Shown piece by piece: positions 50,381 through 59,824 of a stretch of 64,000 nucleotides of DNA. The stretch is from assembly GCA_050011875.1 (NCBI GenBank), contig JBEKIG010000011.1:32001-96000 (forward strand), read 5' to 3'. The notes beneath the pieces were generated by a model. The model was not told the origin of the DNA. It did no database searches and saw only the letters and a program-made list of their open reading frames with translations. Position numbers and translations under genes: made by a program. Source of the DNA: Nitrososphaeria archaeon (GTDB taxonomy: Archaea; Thermoproteota; Nitrososphaeria; JACIWG01). How positions within the stretch are numbered: position 1 is the first letter of the stretch; every line of letters begins with the position of its first letter.

Positions 50381-51871
50381 ATGAGAAAGGTTTCGAAAAC
50401 AAAAGGCATGATCAAGCCAAAATTTATCACGATCGCGGTTATCGCTATAATCGTCGTAGCAGCTATCGTCATAGGAGCCGTTGCCGTTTGGCAACTGAGT
50501 TCAAGTCCATCCAACAAAAAAAATACAGCAACCACACTCCCATCAATGAATTTAACCCTCATAGGGGCAACTGGAAATCAAATAATCTTGCATTCAAGTG
50601 ACATTGCAAAGCTTACCACTTACTCCGGGTACGGAGGCTACAAGAGCAGCGGTGGAATGCTCGGCGGCTTCGGTAATTACACCGGTGTACCACTAGTGAC
50701 CCTCCTGAACCTGGTAGGCGGCATCACTACCAACCAAACGGTCACAATAACAGGCAGCGACGGATATTCGATGGTTTACACCTATCAGCAGGTGAACGGC
50801 CAAGGTTACATCGCCTATGATCCAGTGACTGGCAGTGAATCCTCAGTTACCCGACCATTGACCGTGATACTCGCATATTACTATAACAGCACGACCCTGA
50901 CTTCTGATGTAGGACCCCTCAGACTCGTTATTCTGGGACCCCAAAGCTTACTCACTGAAGGCCATTTCTGGACTAAATTAGTGGACAAAATAGAAGTAAC
51001 TCAGAGTGTGGAGAATTGGAATCTAGTTGTCAACGGCACAACTCCTCTGAACATGGATATGCAAGCGTATACGGCAGACATCAATCACTTCCCACAAAAC
51101 TATACTGATAATACCGGCAACGTTTGGACAGGTGTAGCTCTGGATCAATTCGTATCTTACAGTGCCATCAACGGCGGCATAAGCAACGCATCTCTGGCCA
51201 AAGGTTATGTTGTGAAAGTGATAGGTGGAGATGGCTATTTCGCCATTATGAATGATACCTTTGTCAACAATAACAATAACATAATTGTCGCAGCAAAGCT
51301 AAACGGTGCCATACTCCCCAGCCCGTACTGGCCTTTGACTCTAGTCGGTTCAGACTTAACCATGAAACAAATGGTCAAGGACATAGTCCAAATCCAGATA
51401 ATGCCGATACCACACATGAACCTAACAATAGTAGGCTCCAACGGAACCCAAATAGTACTACACTCACAAGACATTGCGTCTTTTAGCTCATACACGGCAG
51501 CAGGAGGATTCAAAGGAAAGGGTGGAATCCAAGGCGTCGGCAATTATACTGGTGTACCAATTCTGACCCTCCTGAACCTGGTAGGCGGCATCACTACCAA
51601 CCAAAACGTAACAATTACGGGCAGCGATGGATATTCGATGGTTTACACCTATCAACAGCTGAATGGACAGGGGCTGAACACGTACGACCCCACGACCGGA
51701 AACCCAACGTCAGCCACCCAATCTATGACAATGATCGTAGCCTATTACCGAAATGGAGCAGCGCTGCCTTCCGGAGGACCTTTGACAATCGCGATTGTAG
51801 GGCCTCAGGGCTTGCTCACGGATGGAAACAAATGGGCGAGTATGACAGAGAAGATTCAGGTAAACCCCTAG
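50381..51871 (+). CDS. Membrane-anchored extracellular protein with three molybdopterin-oxidoreductase-like (sulfite oxidase fold) domains, no Cys
   Basis: N-terminal TM. Three repeats of (Y/W)TGV.L..L...G....V...G.DGY...I.A...NG....(G/W)PL.L........(W/M).....I.(V/I). More than 10 N-x-S/T sequons. Confidence 0.75.
   Translation: MRKVSKTKGMIKPKFITIAVIAIIVVAAIVIGAVAVWQLSSSPSNKKNTATTLPSMNLTLIGATGNQIILHSSDIAKLTTYSGYGGYKSSGGMLGGFGNYTGVPLVTLLNLVGGITTNQTVTITGSDGYSMVYTYQQVNGQGYIAYDPVTGSESSVTRPLTVILAYYYNSTTLTSDVGPLRLVILGPQSLLTEGHFWTKLVDKIEVTQSVENWNLVVNGTTPLNMDMQAYTADINHFPQNYTDNTGNVWTGVALDQFVSYSAINGGISNASLAKGYVVKVIGGDGYFAIMNDTFVNNNNNIIVAAKLNGAILPSPYWPLTLVGSDLTMKQMVKDIVQIQIMPIPHMNLTIVGSNGTQIVLHSQDIASFSSYTAAGGFKGKGGIQGVGNYTGVPILTLLNLVGGITTNQNVTITGSDGYSMVYTYQQLNGQGLNTYDPTTGNPTSATQSMTMIVAYYRNGAALPSGGPLTIAIVGPQGLLTDGNKWASMTEKIQVNP
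50697..51605 (+). repeat. Intragenic direct repeat: 42-bp identical block at 50697-50738 and 51564-51605 (domains 1 and 3)
   Basis: tgaccctcctgaacctggtaggcggcatcactaccaaccaaa is identical in both; a second identical block ggatattcgatggtttacacctatca follows each. Confidence 0.9.
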
Positions 51872-51902
51872 ATCATGAAAATAAGAGAGGAAATGAGGCT
51901 AA

Positions 51903-52985
51903 TTGAGAAAAGCTCACATCACGATAGCCTTAATCATGGTGGTCCTCGCGGTGGCCTTAATTTCCTCCACGTTTTATTTTTCCAATTATCCATCAAAGCA
52001 GACACTTACGATCTACTGCGCCACAAGCCTATTGTACCCACTTCAAAAAGTTCAAGCTGACTTCGAGAAAGCCAACCCAAATATAGATGTACAACTTCAG
52101 GCACACGGCAGCATTCAGGTCATTAGGCAAGTGACGGAGCTAGGTCAGAGCGTCGACCTCCTTATGGTCGCCGACTACTCCCTGATTCCAACAATGATGT
52201 ACAACACAAAAGTCCCAGGTACAAACCAAAGCTTCGCAGATTACTATATCAGATTTTCCACTAACAGTATCGTCTTAGCCTACACCAACCGCAGTCAATA
52301 TGCAGGCGAAATCAACTCCAGTAACTGGTATTATGTACTGACTCAGCCCAGCGTCAAAATAGGATTAGTAAATCCTGAACTGGACGCGCTCGGCTACAGA
52401 ACGCTGATCACTGTTCAACTTGCCTCAGCCTACTATAATGATTCAGAGTTATTTCATGACCTAATCACGGACAACTTCAACCCTCCTATAAATTCCGTCA
52501 TGAATGGGACAGGATATACCATCATTATTCCTACCACACAACAACCTGTAGGAAACAAGATAATCCTAAGGGCGAGCGAAGTTGACCTCATTCCGCTTCT
52601 CCAAGAAGGATATCTCGATTACTGCTTTCTCTATCTCAGCAACGCGAAACAGTACGGCTTTTCCTACATTACTCTTCCAAACGAGGTGAACCTTGGCTCC
52701 ATCCAAGACAATCAGAACTATTCGCAGGTGTACGTGTCATACGAACATCAAAGATTTGACACGGTAAGCCTAGACAGAACGGGAGAAACAATATACTACG
52801 GCATGACGATACCCACAAATGCGCCAAATCCAGCTTTAGCAATGAAGTTTATTCAATTTGTTTTGAATGGACTAGGAAGAAACGATTTTGAGCAGTCATG
52901 GCAAACCATCTTCAATCCCTCCTTCACGGACAATCCTCAAGCGCTCCCCCAAAGTCTTCAACAAATGGTTTTGAAAGAACCCTAG
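51903..52985 (+). CDS. wtpA: Tungstate/molybdate ABC transporter substrate-binding protein
   Basis: ATSLL, GSIQVIRQV, VADYSLI, NPELDALGYR (Asp ligand), RASEVDL (Glu ligand), IYYGMTIP.NAPN. Confidence 0.9.
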   Translation: MRKAHITIALIMVVLAVALISSTFYFSNYPSKQTLTIYCATSLLYPLQKVQADFEKANPNIDVQLQAHGSIQVIRQVTELGQSVDLLMVADYSLIPTMMYNTKVPGTNQSFADYYIRFSTNSIVLAYTNRSQYAGEINSSNWYYVLTQPSVKIGLVNPELDALGYRTLITVQLASAYYNDSELFHDLITDNFNPPINSVMNGTGYTIIIPTTQQPVGNKIILRASEVDLIPLLQEGYLDYCFLYLSNAKQYGFSYITLPNEVNLGSIQDNQNYSQVYVSYEHQRFDTVSLDRTGETIYYGMTIPTNAPNPALAMKFIQFVLNGLGRNDFEQSWQTIFNPSFTDNPQALPQSLQQMVLKEP

Positions 52986-53036
52986 TTCGCACTCTTAGAA
53001 CAGGAATACTTCAAACATGGTATAGGAATTACCTAG

Positions 53037-53302
53037 TTGGTTTGGCTAGGAGAGAAATCACCTTTATCATTTTGTCAACAGTCCTAGAGCCCCGTCTGAT
53101 GTTATTCTTAGTACCCTTTATTCCGATCATCAGTTCGCTGATAGGTTCAGTTCAAGGCCTATCAACCGCTTTGACCAGTTCTGAAACACTTAAAGCTATA
53201 CTAACAAGCTTCTATTGTGCCGTCTTGGCTACCGTACTCATTCTGATTGGCAACCCCAAGAAGGCCCACGACATGAAGTCTATCAGAAGCTTCTGCGCTT
53301 AG
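53037..53302 (+). pseudogene. Decayed N-terminal remnant of a wtpB permease gene
   Basis: TTG start MVWLGEKSP / FIILSTVL..IPIISSLIGS..GLSTALTS.ETLKAILTSFYCAVLAT aligns with the intact WtpB N-terminus MKWLKDKSPFII..TINAIATSFYCATLAT. Confidence 0.85.
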
Positions 53303-53399
53303 AGTAAATATAAGAACTCAAACTCGTTCAAGAAATCACCCTGTGGTTATGATTAAGGCCTATGACATTGTGCAATTTGAAAAACAGAACCACGTCTGA

Positions 53400-54323
53400 T
53401 CATGAGACTATTACCTGGCAGACAAATTTGGCCCATCTATATCCCCATTTATATTCATTAACAGGTAGAAACAATCTAAATGGTCCTCCTTGACTTAGTG
53501 GGAGATACGTGTAGTTCTCTTGAAAACCTATAAGCATTTGTGAATCTTTGATTTGTTGAATTGTGAAATTTTCTTCATAGCCATCGATTGCGACTACTGT
53601 TATCATTGTGGCTTTATTTGACATATTTGAGACTTGAAGCAGACCTAACATAGACAGACCGGTCCAGTTTGCGGTTACTTGTGGTGAATCACCAGGAGCA
53701 AATTCTGATTCAATGGTTCTTTCCTGAAAGTTTGTCATGTTTTCTCCTGTAAATGTGAGGGGGTTCGAAACAGCTCCGGAAATCGAGACGGTCCAAAGGC
53801 CAATGTTCAAATCAGCTACACTTTCTATTTGATATTGTTCCCCAAACCATGGAGTGATTAGCTCCACCGGGCCGCCTGTTTCATTTGTCATCCATTGCCC
53901 GTTCTTTACGAAGGCTAGAATTATCCTATTATTTATCTGATACCGAGGATAAGCGGTGCTGTTCCAGGCTTGAAAAACATTCAAGGTTACACTCTGTCCA
54001 TTTGCGCCGATGATGTCAATTGGTCCCGCGTCCCAGAGCATACCGCTTTGGTTGCAGAATTCTAAAAGACTTACCCCGATGTAGGTCGCGTTTTCGCCAT
54101 TAATTACAGTATTAACGCTTGTTAACGGCATCTTAGAGATTTCTTTTAATGTCCATGTTCTTTGTTGCATAACGTCGCCTGTGACAGTTATCTGCCAATC
54201 TGAAGGTTCTCCTGAGGGTAACTGATTCGTAGTTTGTAGAGTGTGATAATAGATTGCCAAAGTTGCCGTGATGAAAATGATTATTATGATGAAGGCGGAA
54301 AGGATCTTGGTTCTCTTTTCCAT
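53400..54323 (-). CDS. Membrane-anchored protein with two molybdopterin-oxidoreductase-like domains
   Basis: N-terminal TM; WQITVTGDV..TLKEI..YIGVSL..NGQ..GGPVEL and WTVSISGAVSNP..WTGLS..AIDGY..QGGPFRL..WAKFV. Confidence 0.75.
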   Translation of the reverse strand: MEKRTKILSAFIIIIIFITATLAIYYHTLQTTNQLPSGEPSDWQITVTGDVMQQRTWTLKEISKMPLTSVNTVINGENATYIGVSLLEFCNQSGMLWDAGPIDIIGANGQSVTLNVFQAWNSTAYPRYQINNRIILAFVKNGQWMTNETGGPVELITPWFGEQYQIESVADLNIGLWTVSISGAVSNPLTFTGENMTNFQERTIESEFAPGDSPQVTANWTGLSMLGLLQVSNMSNKATMITVVAIDGYEENFTIQQIKDSQMLIGFQENYTYLPLSQGGPFRLFLPVNEYKWGYRWAKFVCQVIVS

Positions 54324-54456
54324 TATGTCTCATCTTGAGATTAACGTAAGGTCGATCATCTTAATATATTTTTTTCTGAGCATGACAAGGTCATTTAGGA
54401 TTATTAGGCATTTTTACCACGGTTTCTGAATGTAGCATGTGCGTCAGTGATTCTCT

Positions 54457-54680
54457 ACGGTAAACTTAGACAGAACGGGTGAAACCATATACTACGGATT
54501 AGCCATACCTTCAAACGCGCAGAACTTTGGTTCAGCAACAAAATTTATCAGATCCATTTTGATTGGACATGAAAAAGTGATCTCGAGCAGTCTTGGCACC
54601 CCATTTTCAATCAGTCCTTCACATACAATCTTCAAGCTCTCCCACCAATTCTACAGCTACTGGTTGTGGAAGAATATTGA
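54457..54680 (+). pseudogene. Decayed copy of the wtpA 3' end
   Basis: TVNLDRTGETIYYGLAIPSNAQN...KFI / DLEQSWHPIFNQSFTYNLQALPPILQLLVVEEY* parallels the WtpA C-terminus TVSLDRTGETIYYGMTIPTNAPN..DFEQSWQTIFNPSFTDNPQALPQSLQQMVLKEP. Confidence 0.88.
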
Positions 54681-54727
54681 CGCCTCCCGTTAACTAGACG
54701 AGTAGAAAACTTGGTTCCTTCTTTTCT

Positions 54728-55780
54728 TTATTCCAAGATCTTGACGGAGTCGGCCGTGAAGGAAAGCCATACTTCCTGTTCTGGGTAGAGTTCGAGGTTT
54801 AGGTAAGTTCTTTTTGGGATTGCGGCTTTGATCATCGGTCCTGCATCGACTGTTACCATTACGGTGGGGCCAAGGTCGCTGTAGTCCTTAGTCATTCCTT
54901 TGAGGAGATTCTCCGCGTGATAAGGCTGCATTCTCGAGATGGTAATATCGCTGGGGTGAATTCCAATCAGGTTAGTGTTTTCCTTTATTTCGCCCTCAGT
55001 TATTAGTTGATGGCCAAATGGAGTTAAAGTCAACAATTTTCTCTGCTTATCAGCGACTCGTACTGGATGTATGTTTTCGTAGCCAAGGAATCTTGCGAGA
55101 AAACTGTTTTGCGGGTTTTCGAAGATTTCTCTTGTCTCTCCTATCCGTATCATTCTTCCGTCGCGAATTACTCCTATTCGTTTGGCTAGGTAGAAGGCTT
55201 CCAATTGATCATGCGTAACGTGCATTGTTGTAAATTTGAGTTCCTTGTTTATTCTTTTCAGTTCTTCCCTAAGGTTCTGTCTCGTTTCCGTATCCATTGA
55301 GCTCAACGGCTCGTCCAAAAGGACTAACTCGGGTTCTATGGCAAGGACTCGAGCTAGTGCCACCTTCTGCTTTTCTCCTCCGCTAAGTGTGGGCGGAAAT
55401 CTGTTTTCAAGTTTTTCCAAACCAAGTATCAGGGACATCTCATTCACTTTTCTTTGTCTCTCACTTTCTAGCTTCCCTTGCATCTTTAGGCCGAACTCGA
55501 TGTTCTGCCACACCGTCATATGAGGGAAAAGGGTGTCTTTCTGCGGCACGTAACCAATCTTCCTCCTTTCTGGGGGATACGACGTGACATCCTTGCCGTT
55601 AAGAAATATTTTGCCCTTGTCGGGTTTGTAGAAACCTTCTATGACTTCTAAGAGGAGGGATTTGCCTGCGCCTGTGGGGCCAAGCAGCGCAAAGTATTCG
55701 CCGTCACTTATCTCTAGATTTATGTCGGTGAGCGCGAAGCCCCGCCATGCTTTGCTGACTCCCTCGACTCTTAATCCCAA
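54728..55780 (-). CDS. wtpC: Tungstate/molybdate ABC transporter ATP-binding protein with TOBE domain
   Basis: GPTGAGKS, LSGGEKQ, LLDEP, HVTHD, C-terminal TOBE-like region. Confidence 0.88.
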   Translation of the reverse strand: MGLRVEGVSKAWRGFALTDINLEISDGEYFALLGPTGAGKSLLLEVIEGFYKPDKGKIFLNGKDVTSYPPERRKIGYVPQKDTLFPHMTVWQNIEFGLKMQGKLESERQRKVNEMSLILGLEKLENRFPPTLSGGEKQKVALARVLAIEPELVLLDEPLSSMDTETRQNLREELKRINKELKFTTMHVTHDQLEAFYLAKRIGVIRDGRMIRIGETREIFENPQNSFLARFLGYENIHPVRVADKQRKLLTLTPFGHQLITEGEIKENTNLIGIHPSDITISRMQPYHAENLLKGMTKDYSDLGPTVMVTVDAGPMIKAAIPKRTYLNLELYPEQEVWLSFTADSVKILE

Positions 55781-55796
55781 CTTGTTTCACCTTATT

Positions 55797-56591
55797 TCAG
55801 CGTAATGTATCGGTTGGCCTAATGAAAGCTTTCCTGAAAATTATTAGGAGGATTACGGAGAAGATGATCAGTATTCCTGTGATTGGCATGGCAGCGCTCA
55901 ATCCTTCGCTCACGAAGACATCGTATAGGTCCACAGCGGCGGTCTTTGGGTAGTAGGCGAGGATCACCACTGCGCCGAACTCGGCAATCGCCCTAGCCCA
56001 GGTCATGACACACCCGGCCATGATTCCCCTTGAAGCTAAGGGGAAGGTTATATTCGTAAAGACCTTCATGTTACTTGCACCCATGCTCCTCGCCGCCTTC
56101 TCCATTGAAGGATTCACGGACGAGAAAGCTTCTTGGGCGCTTCTGATAGTGAATGGAGCACTGACGAACGCCATAGCTACTACTATTCCCAGATAGGTAT
56201 CGACGACATTTATCCCCAAAGATTTGTTTAGTCCACCTATTATGGAGTATGGGCCAAGCGCGAAAAGGAGCGCTATTCCAGCAGCGTCGTGGGGAATTAG
56301 GATCGGAATATCTATGAGCGAGTTTATAACGGCTTTACCTTGGAAATCATACCTCGTCATCAAATATGCAAGGGGAACACCTGAGATGAAGGTGAAAATG
56401 GTGGCGAGGGTCGCACAGTAGAAGCTAGTTGCTATAGCGTTAATGGTTTGCACATCAGTTAAAGCTGACAGGAGGCCAGTGGAAGAGCCGGCCAAAGACG
56501 CCAGGATTGGAATTCCTAGGAACAGAACCATGACTAGGCCTAGGATTAGGGAAGTAATGATAAAGGGCGATTTATCTTTTAACCATTTCAT
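55797..56591 (-). CDS. wtpB: Tungstate/molybdate ABC transporter permease
   Basis: GVPLAY, IDIPILIPH..AGIALL, FVSAPF, EKAARSMGA (EAA loop), WARAIAEFGA..ILAYYP. Confidence 0.9.
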   Translation of the reverse strand: MKWLKDKSPFIITSLILGLVMVLFLGIPILASLAGSSTGLLSALTDVQTINAIATSFYCATLATIFTFISGVPLAYLMTRYDFQGKAVINSLIDIPILIPHDAAGIALLFALGPYSIIGGLNKSLGINVVDTYLGIVVAMAFVSAPFTIRSAQEAFSSVNPSMEKAARSMGASNMKVFTNITFPLASRGIMAGCVMTWARAIAEFGAVVILAYYPKTAAVDLYDVFVSEGLSAAMPITGILIIFSVILLIIFRKAFIRPTDTLR

Positions 56592-56601
56592 GTTATCAAT
56601 A

Positions 56602-56647
56602 TTCCGATTTTACGTTATTAAATTTTCCGATTTCACGTTATTAAAAA
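56602..56647. repeat. Tandem 23-bp duplication directly upstream of wtpB
   Basis: TTCCGATTTTACGTTATTAAATT followed by TTCCGATTTCACGTTATTAAAAA; each unit contains CGTTAT. Confidence 0.8.
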
Positions 56648-56839
56648 TTCCTGACTTAAGAGGTGAAGAGTTGGGCAGTATCTTGGGTGAATAAAGGTTT
56701 AAGTTCCTTGGTATTGCCATCAAGTTATATGTATAGGATGAGATGAAGACTGGTTGATAAGCAGCTTGAAAGATAAGTTCCAAAAAGTGAATATTTCATG
56801 AAAAACCCCTAATAAAATGGAATAGTAAGGTGGAATAAA

Positions 56840-57508
56840 ATGGAAAATAAAAGTAAAAAAGCACTTTTACTTGGAGATTATTCAAACCCGAAATATCATC
56901 CTTTGACAGAGATAGACAAAGAAATTGAAAGCATTTTTAAGGATAATTTTTCTTTAACCTGTACTGAAGATTACAATATACTTTCATCAGAACATTTTAA
57001 AGACTATGATCTTTGTATTTTATACGTAGACTGCTGGGGAAAAATAGTTGGAAAAACCCTTACCCACAACCTTTTGGATTTTATAAAAAATGGAGGTGGA
57101 CTTCTCATTATACATAACGGTATTTCTCTTGATTCGAACAAAGAATATGCTGAAATGGTAGGAGCAAAATTTTTAGGTCATCCTGCATATACAAAGCTTA
57201 CAGTAAAATCTACGGGAAATAATGATTACATAATGAATGGAATAAGTGAATTTGAAATAGAAGATGAACCTTACCATTATGAGATGTTTGATTATGCTGA
57301 AAAAAGCATATTCATGATATACTATCATGAAGGGAATACCTATCCAGCTGGATGGACAAGACAAATCGGTAATGGTAAACTTGTTTATATTATGCCTGGA
57401 CATGATATAAAATCATTTAAAAATGATACTTACAGGAAAATAATACTTAGAAGTGCCCTCTGGACCTTTTTTCAGGGTCATGCAAGACCCCTTTTAGGAT
57501 TGAGTTAA
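56840..57508 (+). CDS. ThuA-domain (class I glutamine amidotransferase-like) protein, AT-rich
   Basis: YHP, GGGLLIIHNG, GAKFLGHP, EDEPY, GWTR..GNGKLVY..PGH. Confidence 0.85.
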   Translation: MENKSKKALLLGDYSNPKYHPLTEIDKEIESIFKDNFSLTCTEDYNILSSEHFKDYDLCILYVDCWGKIVGKTLTHNLLDFIKNGGGLLIIHNGISLDSNKEYAEMVGAKFLGHPAYTKLTVKSTGNNDYIMNGISEFEIEDEPYHYEMFDYAEKSIFMIYYHEGNTYPAGWTRQIGNGKLVYIMPGHDIKSFKNDTYRKIILRSALWTFFQGHARPLLGLS

Positions 57509-57568
57509 GCAATTTGTTGATGCCACATCCTCTTTTCCTAGCTTCTTCTCCTTCCAGTTTCTTGAACG

Positions 57569-59824
57569 TTATATAATCAAACTTGCCCATTCTTGTTGGA
57601 CCTTTTTTCTTATTTCCTCTCTTAGTTCTCCTAACCAAGACCTTGATCTATGGGATGCCATAGGCTTCTCTTGAAAAACTGAAGGTTGAAAGAACCGTCT
57701 CAGCCGCATCCAATAACATATCACGATACTTTTCTTTGTCTATGTTTACGTGGGAGCTTGCTAGCTCTAATGGTATGACGCGACAGAGAGGGTTGTGGTG
57801 GTCTGAATCCATGTAGATGAAGTTAATGTCTTCGCCAGACTTTACCTGTTTACCTTTGCTTGCGAGTTGGATGGCCGCAGCCACATGTGGAAGTACGCTT
57901 CTATATTTATTCACAGTTTTCCTAAGCGTCTTAGAGACCACCAATTCTTCAAATGGTATATCTCCACCCATAATTTTGTCTATGGTTCTTGTGATGAGAA
58001 GCATGGCGCGCTCATATCCAACGTTGCACACTTCTTCAACAGTCGTACAATCGAATAGGGTTTGAATGAGCTTGGCTTGGAACTCCTTTATGAAGGACGG
58101 CGTGTCATGTCGTCTTAACTCTATTCCTCTAACGATAAGCTCTCCATCATAAAGGACGCCAAAGTAGTGTTTCTGCGCCTCCATATTCAGAGAAGGGTCT
58201 GCCTCCAACGGTAGTAGAAGAAGGAACCTGTAGTGATGATCCAAGGAAATCGGGAGACCTATGAATTTGCTTAGTTGTGCGGCTAGCTGTTCGTAATCTT
58301 CTTTTGTCGCATCATCCTTTTTGACGAAGACAGAATCTGTGTCCGCATATATCAGTTCAAAGCCCTGGCTCTGAACGTAGTCTTTTGTCCTGATCATTAC
58401 CTGCCTAGATTTTCTGTTTATTTCCTCGAAGGCCAGTACGTTGCCGAACCTGTTCCAACAACACCCTGAAGTGCCATAAATGCACACCAAAACCATCTTT
58501 AAAGCACTTTGACGCTGCTCACACCACAGCCATTCCTTGCTTTGTTTGGGAAAGCTCTTACGGAGCCTCTTGAAATATAATCGTCGCTCCAGAACCTTCC
58601 CTGTCACTAATGGGAGTATCGCGTCATCCCTTTTATCCAGTCCTTTTGGACCTACAGTTTCGAAACTTATACATTCTTTGACGATCAGGTTTGGGTACTC
58701 CGATTCATAGTCCAATTCTGCTACGTTGGCGTGCACCTCACCTATTTTGGGAGGGATGATCATACCGCCCCTATCGCGTTCAAAGATCTCCTTCATAGGC
58801 CGAATGTACTCGTAGTAGCCGGTGTTCTTTGGAATCACATAATCCCTTTGAAGTAGTTCATAACAGACGCGGCTGTCGTTGACCCTGTTAGCGGACCACC
58901 TTGCTGCTAAACCAGGTGTAAGAAACCCGAATCGTGAACGTTCGACAAGGCCAGCTATTCCCCACTTATCGTGCAATATGCCATAGGATTCATAGCCGAT
59001 AGCCACTCTTCCTCGCATACAATATGGAAGAGACCTGTTAAAACTATCAGAATCCACATCTTCTCTTCTGAGTTGCATTTTGATGTTCAGCGATCTTGCC
59101 CGTGTCTGCAGGTATGGGAAGGTGAATTTATCACAGTTCTGTGTAACTATGAAATCAGGGTCCTTTTCCTTCACAATCGATTCGAATCCCTTTAGAACCT
59201 CCTCTTCACTTCCTTCGATAAGAGTTTCTTTATCTTCAAATCTTGTTTCTATCGAAGTTATTGGATCAGTTTGAGGGTTTGGAGTTAGAGACGTTGCTCC
59301 GATGTTTATGCCAAAGTGCAGTGTCGTAAAATGTGGAGGCTCTATCTCTTTACTGTCATTAACCTTTCTGATTTCTGACAAGCACCAATTTGTGTCGTAC
59401 AGGAATTCGACTTTGCTGGTCGGTTCAATTTGGAACCTTGTAAATAAATACTGTTGCAGATGTAGAAGATCTATGTTGAAAAGCTCCATCACTTGTTCCT
59501 GCCTTTTAAGGGCCCCTACTATCTGCCTGTAGGCTAAGGCGTCTTCGACGACAACATGGATGAGCCTTTTCTTTTTCTCTTCTCTTAGGTTTGTGTATTT
59601 TTCTACCCAAGTCGTTCTTCTTATGTCCATCTGATTCTGTAGGGCGGATAGAAGCTGTTCACCATCTTCATATGTCTTAGGAAGAATGTAAGGCTTGGAT
59701 GGTAATGGTCTTGGAGCCTGACAACCTTATTGTCTTCTGTTCGAATCCAGATAAAAGCTAAGTCGTCTTCTGTGTAGACGTCAAGGACCCAGCCAACCTC
59801 AGGTACCATTTGGAGCACTTCCAT
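57569..59824 (-). pseudogene. polB2: Family B DNA polymerase, PolB2/Dpo2-type (degenerate 3'-5' exonuclease), interrupted by frameshifts near 59690 and 57651
   Basis: N-terminal GWVLDVY..IWIRT..HP / YILPK joins the 660-aa ORF with DRGG, LDYESEYPNLI, QSALK..IYG, YADTDS, RGIELRRHD. The C-tail RSRSWLGELREEIRKKVQQEWASLII* is in a shifted frame. Confidence 0.85.

Noticed and set aside
59680-59700. Programmed ribosomal frameshift in polB2
   Set aside because: No X XXY YYZ slippery heptamer, and a second independent shift occurs near the C-terminus.
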